A DNA stretch of 32,000 bases from an uncultured Chloroflexia bacterium (GTDB lineage: Bacteria; Chloroflexota; Anaerolineae; Anaerolineales; Anaerolineaceae). A model generated the notes under the pieces. It ran no database searches. It saw only the letters and a program-made list of their open reading frames with translations, and was not told the DNA's origin. Numbering within the stretch: position 1 is the first letter of the stretch; the number at the start of each line of letters is the position of its first letter. Below, in pieces: positions 8,173 through 14,726 of the stretch. The translations under genes were made by a program, and so were the position numbers. Location: NCBI GenBank assembly GCA_963704755.1, contig OY969938.1, forward strand, positions 3,150,001 through 3,182,000, written 5' to 3'.

Positions 8173-8818
8173 AGTATTGATTTGCGATGATCAGGCGATT
8201 GTGTGCGAAGGCCTGGCCAAGATCCTGGGCTCGGATGGTGAAATCCAGGTGGTCGGCATGGCCCATGATGGCGCCGAGGGATTGATGCTGGTCGGCGAGA
8301 CCCAACCTGACCTGGTACTGATGGATTTGAAAATGCCCGGCACCAACGGGATCATCGCCACCCGCAAGATCCACGAGCAGTACCCGGCTACCCAGGTGCT
8401 GGTGTTAACCACCTACGACGATGACGAGTGGGTGTTCGATGCCCTGCGCAGCGGGGCGGCCGGCTACCTGCTCAAAGACACCCCGCCCAAAAATTTGATC
8501 GAAGCCATCAAGGGCACGGTTTCCGGCAAGGCCTTTCTGGACCCGGCCGTGGTCGGCAAAATATTGAACGATTACCAGAACCACCCGGCCGCAAGTTCCT
8601 CGCCGGCCAGGTTCAACCTGAGCGAACGCGATCTGGAACTGCTCAAACTGCTGGCCAGCGGCCTGAGCAATGGGGAAATTTCACAGCAGCTCTACCTGAG
8701 CGAAGGCACCGTGCGCAACTACACCAGCGAACTGTTCAAAAAGCTGGGGGTCTCCGATCGCACCCAGGCCGTGGTCGCCGCCCTGCGCTATGGCCTGGTC
8801 AGCCTGAACGAGCTTTAG
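8165..8818 (+). CDS. NarL/LuxR-family response regulator (REC + HTH_LuxR)
   Basis: VIKVLICDD...DLVLMDLKMPG receiver domain and a C-terminal LSERDLELLKLLASGLSNGEISQQLYLSEGTVRNY HTH. A GTG start at 8165 (GGAGG 6 nt upstream, overlapping the kinase stop) gives 217 aa, the same length as the second regulator at 18299. The ORF-track start at 8129 would add a non-homologous extension. Confidence 0.85.
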   Translation: MIKVLICDDQAIVCEGLAKILGSDGEIQVVGMAHDGAEGLMLVGETQPDLVLMDLKMPGTNGIIATRKIHEQYPATQVLVLTTYDDDEWVFDALRSGAAGYLLKDTPPKNLIEAIKGTVSGKAFLDPAVVGKILNDYQNHPAASSSPARFNLSERDLELLKLLASGLSNGEISQQLYLSEGTVRNYTSELFKKLGVSDRTQAVVAALRYGLVSLNEL

Positions 8819-8921
8819 CTCACTTTGCAGGTTTTGAAACCCGGCCGGCGGCGGGTAGGAATTCCGTATCTGCTCAACCATCGCAAAAGAATAGGGTGAG
8901 CCAGGGAGACCGGCCCCCATC

Positions 8922-11247
8922 TCAACTTCCGTATCGGCCACCGGCCGCCTGCTCAGCCCAAACGTACTCATACCCGCTGACGTATGCCGGGTAAGCCAGG
9001 GGTACGTGTTCGCCGTACACTTCCTTTCCAACAGGTTCCTGCTCGGGCCCCGCCCTTTGCATCCTGCCTGGCTCACTAAAATCCAAAGGCCGGGTATCGG
9101 AAGGCATAGCGTCAAAAGGCTCCAGCACCGTGGCGGCCGCGCGGCGCAGTAATTCCAGGTAGCGGTCCACGTCCAGGGCATTGAAGTCCGGCTTCTCCGC
9201 CAGGTCCCAGGCCTGGACTTTGGCCGCCGTGCGCACGTAGAGGAACCGCACCCGCTGGCCGGGCTGTTTGTCTTTGCCCGCCGCGCGCAGTTGCATCAGC
9301 GCACGGGCAGCCGGGGAAGGTACTTTGTAGGCCTCCAGCTCGCGGCTGAGTTTTTGCCCGATCACCAGTTGGTCCAGCGGCACCCGGCCGTGCCGTAAAT
9401 CCGCCTCGCCTTGCAGCAGCAGCGCCTGTGCCTGCGGAATCGCCTGGCGCAGCTCTTCCGCATTTTCTGCCTGCCCGAGCACCTTGAGAATCTGCAACTG
9501 TACATCGGCGATAAACGACGGCATATCCCTGCGCCGGGCATCGATCCCGCGAAATTTGAACGATCCGTCCTGAAAAACGCCGAAATAGCGGTTGGGCACC
9601 GGCACTTTAGAATTGACTCTGGAGGGCAAGAAAACCAGCCAGCGATAGATGCCATCCAGCGCGATCGAGAGCCCCGTACGGCTCGAGATTTCATCCAGCA
9701 AAGGTTCGAACTGGTCCGGACGGTTAAAATCCTTTTTCCGCACCCACAAGCCATCCACATACATATGCAGCACCTCAAATCCCAGGTCTTCCGCGGCTTC
9801 CTTGGCCAGCAGCAGCGCCTCGCGTCCCCAGGTGGTGACCGCCTCGTGCGATTCGATCCGCCCGAAGCGGCTGTTTTTATAGCCCAGGTAGCCAAAACAG
9901 GTGACCAGCAGCCATTTGTGGGCCGACGAAATCGCCTGGTAGCGCTTATAGCGCGGGTCGGTGTCAGGCATGTTCCCCAAAGTCAGCTTGATGGTCACGC
10001 GTTTATCCAGCAGGGGTTTGAGGGTGAGAGGGATCAGCCCTGGTTCTTCGTTGGAGCCAAGGAATGTGGGCACCGGCTTTTCCGGGGAAATATTGCAGCG
10101 CACCATGATGCTGGGGTACATGGAGATAAAATCGATTTCGGCCACGTCGGAATGAACCCCGACGATGGGCTGGTAAACCAGGCCGCCTTGATCGTAGCGC
10201 AGCAGATCCAGGGCGGTTTTAGGCCGCTCGGCCTGCTGTTTGTGCCACGGCACCAGAATCTGGTTACGCAGCGCGGTAAGGATCTGCATCGAGGAAATGC
10301 CCGTGCCCGGAGAAGTGCGGGCCGAGGTTTGAATAGACAGGGCCGTGACCCGCGCGCCTTCCAAAATGCCTTCCAGGTCCTCGGCGCCCCACAAAGAGGA
10401 ATTGTGCCGGTCTACGTGACAGCGCCCAAACAGGTGGATCTGCTGGCCTTTATAAATGATCTGGCCGTAGCTGAAATAGGAATTCTCCCGCTTTTGAATT
10501 ATCCCGCGCCCGGCGTCACGGTTGAGCGGCAAGGGCACCCCCCGGCGCTGGCTTTCTTGCAGCAGCAACGGCAGCAGCCAGGTATCTCCCCACTTGCTCA
10601 AGAGGATGTCGGGGTCGACATGCTGCAGAATAGAGCCCAGGCGGGTGACCAGCGTATCCATTTGCCCAAAGGAAAGCTCAAGGACATCCTGCTCATAGCC
10701 CACCCGCAGGATGCGCGGCGGTTCATGCTGGGGGTCGCAATCCGGCTCCAGGGTAAGGACACGCAGCGGCGCCGGGAGTGGGTCAATATCCCAGGGCGAG
10801 TCCAGCACACGTACTCCATGGATCTGGCCATTATTTGCATAACTGACCTGGCAAAACGCCAGTGGAAAGGTGTTGTATACCGCAGCGTAACGCAGGCAGA
10901 GCTGAATATCCGCGTCGTAATAGGTCAGCTCGGGAAAAGCGTGCGACATTCTCAAGAACAGGTTCGGTTGAGCGGCCGCGTTGGCTACCTGGACCGTGAG
11001 CAAAGTGACCGGTTCAGGTAGAAAAAGATCGCGTCCCTGGCTGCGGCCCAATTTTAGCGATTTCGGGCTGATTTTTTAGCCAGCGCCACGCCGTTCGCAG
11101 GCGTTCGGTTGGCCCGGTTAGCGAAAATGTGACCGGAAAGTATTGATGCAGCCTCAGCCGCTCTCCGCTGCTGGTGATGAACCAGATCACTATCCCCTCA
11201 TGGCTATCCGCGTACAGGTCCAGCAGCCAGCCGGTTTGCTCGTTCAT
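8922..11247 (-). pseudogene. polB: Divergent family-B (Pol II-like) DNA polymerase, split by a +1 frameshift between 11017 and 11075
   Basis: Motif A EIDFISMYPSIM, motif B-like KWLLVTCFGYLGYKNSRFG, motif C region LHMYVDGLWV, KxY-like PNRYFG. The N-terminal 77 aa (MNEQTGWLLDLYADSHEGIVIWF..., ORF 11014-11247) are in another frame that overlaps the main 709-aa ORF (8922-11051). It may be intact if the shift is an assembly error. Confidence 0.75.
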
Positions 11248-11543
11248 ATGCGCGGTGTCTGGTTCGATTGGTCGGGAGACGCCGGCAGAGACCTCAATAC
11301 TCCCTCCAGCAGCGTACGCAGATGGGTGACCTCTTTATGTTCTTCGAGCAGCATCGAAAGCAAAAAGATTTCCATCGGCAAGGCATTGGCCGCATACGCA
11401 GCCGCTGCCAGATGGTTGTGTGCAGCGGCGAATAAATCGTCCAATACCAGTTGGTCGCTGCGGCGTAAAGCGCGCCGAAAGCGGCTGAACGATTCTTGCT
11501 CCTGCAAAAATTCCATCGTAATGGAAGGTATCGTACGTCCCAT
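11244..11543 (-). CDS. Hypothetical 99-aa helical protein, translationally coupled to the polymerase gene
   Basis: ATG at 11543 with AAGGAGG (11549-11555) 5 nt upstream. Its stop overlaps the polB ATG (ATATGA at 11244-11247). The longer ORF-track start at 11636 would overlap the upstream gene. I recognise no motif. Confidence 0.6.
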   Translation of the reverse strand: MGRTIPSITMEFLQEQESFSRFRRALRRSDQLVLDDLFAAAHNHLAAAAYAANALPMEIFLLSMLLEEHKEVTHLRTLLEGVLRSLPASPDQSNQTPRI

Positions 11544-11559
11544 AACAACCTCCTTATCG

Positions 11560-12147
11560 TTATTGATCCGGCTCTCCAGGCCAGAGCATGGGCGCTGAGG
11601 CGGTCGAAGGGCGTGGTGATTCGAGCTTGATGACATCCGAAACCGACTGTTCCAGCAACTCCAGCAAAGACGTGCGGTTTGCGCTTAACGCGAGGAACGG
11701 TTTTACGCTGATCACGACCGCCGCCGCCTGGCTGAGGCGGTCGAGCTGGATAAGGCTTTGCTGCAGCAGCCGGTAACTTTCCTCCAGGGTTACAGATTCG
11801 TCCAGGTAAGTCGAAAGCAGGTCCAACACCAGGGTAATCATGGGTAGGGCCGGGGTTTCTTCCAGCAAAGTCAGCATCTGATAACAGGTAAACGCACGCG
11901 CCAGCGAAATGCGCGCAAGCGTTTCTTCGAGTCGTGGGGTAAGACGGCGGATCGACTGGGCCACCGGGTAAACATTGAAGCGGTTGCCGCCATCCAACAC
12001 ACGCACGCCGCCTTTGAGCGCCAGGCGGGCAGCCGTTTCGTATATCAGCGGCATACCGGCATGGGGGGCAATGACCAACAGCAGTGAGTTCTTGGTTAAC
12101 TTATTCAGGGGGATTTGCCGGGAAGGTGCAGGCGAAATGGTGTGCAT
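11560..12147 (-). CDS. RecA-superfamily-fold protein with degenerate Walker A (ImuA/RadB/KaiC-like, probably not an ATPase)
   Basis: The pattern is typical of RecA-like cores: strand LLLVIAP, then HAGMPL where GxxGxGK[ST] is expected, a helix, then GGVRVLDG, ISLARAFTCYQMLTLL, a Walker-B-like MITLVLDLLSTYLDE, and LDRLSQAAAVVISVKP. AAGGAG lies 7 nt upstream of the ATG at 12147. Confidence 0.5.
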   Translation of the reverse strand: MHTISPAPSRQIPLNKLTKNSLLLVIAPHAGMPLIYETAARLALKGGVRVLDGGNRFNVYPVAQSIRRLTPRLEETLARISLARAFTCYQMLTLLEETPALPMITLVLDLLSTYLDESVTLEESYRLLQQSLIQLDRLSQAAAVVISVKPFLALSANRTSLLELLEQSVSDVIKLESPRPSTASAPMLWPGEPDQ

Positions 12148-12167
12148 CAGATGCTCCTTTCTGCCTC

Positions 12168-12196
12168 ATTATACAGAACTTATGTTCTATAGTCAA
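12168..12196 (-). promoter_or_regulatory. Near-consensus promoter with a LexA (Cheo-type) box in its spacer
   Basis: Minus strand reads TTGACT (12191-12196), a 17-nt spacer, TATAAT (12168-12173). The spacer contains the perfect palindrome AGAAC-ATAA-GTTCT (12175-12188), which matches GAAC-N4-GTTC. Confidence 0.6.
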
Positions 12197-12254
12197 TATA
12201 GGATATGCAAGCCGGGGGAATTTCGCCGCTCCAGCTCGCATATCCTATATTGAC
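12192..12254. repeat. Perfect 17-bp inverted repeat with 29-bp spacer, overlapping the -35 of the cassette promoter
   Basis: gtcaatataggatatgc (12192-12208) is the exact reverse complement of gcatatcctatattgac (12238-12254). Confidence 0.85.
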
Positions 12255-12296
12255 TTCCTTATCTCTCCCTTAATGCAACCTTAAGCTCCTCCCTTA

Positions 12297-12324
12297 TTGA
12301 CATTCAGGTCAACCATCCTATAAT
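12297..12324 (+). promoter_or_regulatory. Candidate strong promoter for the BNR lipoprotein gene
   Basis: TTGACA (12297-12302), a 16-nt spacer, TATAAT (12319-12324), about 140 nt upstream of the ATG at 12467. Confidence 0.45.
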
Positions 12325-12466
12325 GCTGGATGTAAGTCGCCCGTCAGGGTTGAGCAAAGCAAACACATTCCCTTTATCAATTCTGTCGAACCGGCGCCAC
12401 CTTTTGCCCGACCTCTCGACGGGATTTTTTTATCTCCGCCGGTTTGACCCATTTTCGGAGGATTAG

Positions 12467-13696
12467 ATGGCAAGTAAGCCTTTCGTACGTACGCTCGTGT
12501 TTACCTTTGTTGTAATTTTGGGGCTGGCAGCCTGCTCGCCCACGCCTACCCCTGCAGCACCCACCGATACAGCAGCTCCCACAGTGCAACCGGCTACGGA
12601 AATGCCGACCGTAGCGCCCGCCACGGAGACTCCCGTTCCTGAAACGGCTACCCCAGAGGTAACCGCCACGTCAACAACCGCTCCGGCGACCATCAACGGC
12701 ATCGACCAGATCAAAATGATCGACGCGACCAACGGTTGGGCTCGCTCCGCCGGCCTGGTGCTGCGGACCAGCGATGGCGGCAGCAGTTTCACATCCGTCA
12801 ACCCGCCCGACCTGGCCAGCTTCAATGGCTCGGCCTATTTCCAGAGCGCCACTTCTGCCTGGCTGATCGTCTCCAGCAACGGCGATATGACCTCGGGCAC
12901 CCTTTATCACACCACTGATTCCGGCCAGACCTGGACTTCGGCCGCCGCGCCCTTTGGCAACGGCCAGATGATCTTTGTCGATGACCAGAACGGCTGGGTG
13001 CTGGAAGGCCTCGGCGCCGGCGCCGGTTCGGAAGGGATCTCCATCTTCCAGACCACCGATGGCGGTACCACCTGGAACCAGGTCTATACTGTGGATAGCA
13101 ACAGCAATAACCAGAGCGGCATCACTCTAGGCGGCGATAAGAGTGGAATCAGCTTTGCCGATGCCACCCACGGTTGGGTAACCGGCAGCATCCCCATGGA
13201 TAACTTCTCTTACCTGTATGCCACCGCGGATGGCGGCCAGACCTTCCAACAGCAGGTCCTGACCCTCCCGTCCAGCCTGGGCACCGTCCAGTTGGGCATC
13301 GATCCGCCGGTGTTCTTCAGCGCAACCGATGGCGTCCTGCCGGTCACGGCGGTTGGCCAGTCCACCAATAAGATCTTCTACGTCACCCACGATGGCGGCC
13401 AGACCTGGACGGCCACTACTCCGCTGGAGAGCAACGGGGTGGTTTCGATCGCCGACATCAACAACTTCTTCGTCTGGGATGGCGGCGCGACGCTGTATCA
13501 CAGCAGCGACGGCGGCCAGACCTGGACATCGGTCTCACCCAATATCAACATCAACCAATCGGTGAATACCTTCCAGTTCATCGATGGCACCAACGGCTGG
13601 GTGGCCTCGAACGATGGCCAGGGCAACACCGCCTTCTACCAGACCAGCGATGGCGGTACCACCTGGAACCCTCTGGCGAGCGGCTCAGCCCAGTAG
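12467..13696 (+). CDS. Secreted lipoprotein with seven BNR/Asp-box repeats (Ycf48/sialidase-like beta-propeller)
   Basis: Lipobox LGLAAC, then a Pro/Thr/Ala-rich linker. Seven S/T-x-D-G/S-G-x-T-W/F motifs follow: TSDGGSSFT, TTDSGQTWT, TTDGGTTWN, TADGGQTFQ, THDGGQTWT, SSDGGQTWT, TSDGGTTWN. GGAGG lies 6 nt upstream of the ATG. Confidence 0.85.
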   Translation: MASKPFVRTLVFTFVVILGLAACSPTPTPAAPTDTAAPTVQPATEMPTVAPATETPVPETATPEVTATSTTAPATINGIDQIKMIDATNGWARSAGLVLRTSDGGSSFTSVNPPDLASFNGSAYFQSATSAWLIVSSNGDMTSGTLYHTTDSGQTWTSAAAPFGNGQMIFVDDQNGWVLEGLGAGAGSEGISIFQTTDGGTTWNQVYTVDSNSNNQSGITLGGDKSGISFADATHGWVTGSIPMDNFSYLYATADGGQTFQQQVLTLPSSLGTVQLGIDPPVFFSATDGVLPVTAVGQSTNKIFYVTHDGGQTWTATTPLESNGVVSIADINNFFVWDGGATLYHSSDGGQTWTSVSPNININQSVNTFQFIDGTNGWVASNDGQGNTAFYQTSDGGTTWNPLASGSAQ

Positions 13697-13739
13697 TCTA
13701 AAATCGTCAGAGCCATAAAAGCCTGACGTAAAACTCAAC

Positions 13740-13796
13740 CAAACAGCGGCGGGGGCAGTTGGATTTCCAAATTGAAATCACTGCCTCCGCCGTTTG
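13740..13796 (+). terminator. Imperfect GC-rich hairpin downstream of the lipoprotein gene (possible terminator)
   Basis: caaacagcggcgggggcagt ... actgcctccgccgtttg, with an inner 6-bp stem gatttc/gaaatc. No clear U-tract follows. Confidence 0.4.
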
Positions 13797-13855
13797 TCAT
13801 TAAAATCAACTCCTGCGGCTGCCGGCGATATTCCGAGGCCATACCTGCCCGGATA

Positions 13856-13910
13856 TTGACTCTTCTCAAAAAAGCGGCTAAAATATGACTAATTAAACGA
13901 TTTTAGTCAT
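13856..13910 (+). promoter_or_regulatory. Candidate promoter plus operator-like palindrome upstream of the TetR gene
   Basis: TTGACT (13856-13861), a 17-nt spacer, TAAAAT (13879-13884). Immediately after comes ATGACTAA-N10-TTAGTCAT (13885-13910), an 8-bp inverted repeat positioned as a TetR-type operator. Confidence 0.45.
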
Positions 13911-13955
13911 CTAGTAATAATACTTTTATAACTGCTTAGCCAAACGGGTAAGAAC

Positions 13956-14010
13956 CCCGAATTTGAGGTGTTTGCGAGGGCTTCGCCCTCGCAAACACCT
14001 CAAATTCGGG
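13956..14010. repeat. Perfect 25-bp-stem palindrome (element family alpha)
   Basis: cccgaatttgaggtgtttgcgaggg-cttcg-ccctcgcaaacacctcaaattcggg; the arms are exact reverse complements. Confidence 0.9.
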
Positions 14011-14039
14011 ACTTTTTCCTTTCAGGTGAACCGTTTTCG

Positions 14040-14726
14040 ATGAACAAAGAAAAGACAGAACAACGCAAAAAGAACATTTTACAAACCGCCTCCAGGTTGA
14101 TCACCCACTACGGTTTCGACAAAACTACCATGGAAGACATAGCCCGCGAGGCGGGGGTATCCAAGGGGGCGCTTTACCTGGTGTGGCCCAGCAAAGATGC
14201 GCTCTTCGACGAGCTGATTGTCTTCGAGATGAAGCGGCTTGTGTTGGATTTCCAGCGCCGCATGGCGCACGACCCCCAAAGCGGTACGATCGCCAGCCTG
14301 TATACCCATGGCTTAATGGCCTTGAATGACAACCCGCTGGTGCGCGCGCTGTACACCCAGGACAGCCGCGTTCTGGGCAACTATGTCAAGCAGCAGGACG
14401 CCAGCCGTTATACCCGCCGTGTACTGCTGGCGGAAGGCACCATCCGGCAGATGCAGGCCGCCAACCTGCTGCGCCAGGATATCCGTCCCGAGGTGATCAC
14501 ACACCTGTTCAGTATCATCTCGGTGGGTTTTATTTATATCGGAACCATTATCCCGCCGGCCGACCAACCGCCCCTGGAAGAGGTTATCCGCGCCTTCAGC
14601 AGCGTAATCCAGCGCGGTTTAGGCGGCCCGGGTGAAGACACCGCCGCCGGCAAACAGGCGATTGCCAGGTTGAATGAATTTATATTGCAGCAGTACGATG
14701 AGGACGAGGCGAAGCATGAAGATTGA
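14040..14726 (+). CDS. TetR/AcrR-family transcriptional regulator
   Basis: N-terminal HTH KKNILQTASRLITHYGFDKTTMEDIAREAGVSKGALYLVWPSKDALF. I prefer the ATG at 14040 (MNKEKTEQ...) because the ORF-track start at 13968 lies inside the 25-bp palindrome. Confidence 0.85.
   Translation: MNKEKTEQRKKNILQTASRLITHYGFDKTTMEDIAREAGVSKGALYLVWPSKDALFDELIVFEMKRLVLDFQRRMAHDPQSGTIASLYTHGLMALNDNPLVRALYTQDSRVLGNYVKQQDASRYTRRVLLAEGTIRQMQAANLLRQDIRPEVITHLFSIISVGFIYIGTIIPPADQPPLEEVIRAFSSVIQRGLGGPGEDTAAGKQAIARLNEFILQQYDEDEAKHED

Noticed and set aside
11071-11079. The A AAA AAT heptamer (coding strand) as a programmed ribosomal frameshift site rescuing polB
   Set aside because: An X XXY YYZ heptamer promotes -1 slippage, whereas joining the two polB frames needs a +1 shift. 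The stop that closes the downstream frame (TAA at 11076-11078) lies inside this heptamer, so that frame is open only 3' of it. A homopolymer indel is the simpler explanation.
12192-12254. The 17-bp inverted repeat pair as the terminal repeats of a MITE or IS remnant
   Set aside because: The whole unit is only 63 bp with no flanking direct duplication that I can see, and there is no transposase nearby. I kept it as a finding (possible operator) but not as a mobile-element call.
12404-12430. A short hairpin plus T-run (cccgacctctcgacggg-attttttt) as an attenuator in the lipoprotein leader
   Set aside because: The stem is only about 4-6 bp with mismatches. That is too weak to call from sequence alone.
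13968-14039. The ORF-track start at 13968 for the TetR gene
   Set aside because: The first 14 codons would be encoded by the arms of the 25-bp palindrome. The ATG at 14040 gives a normal TetR N-terminus.
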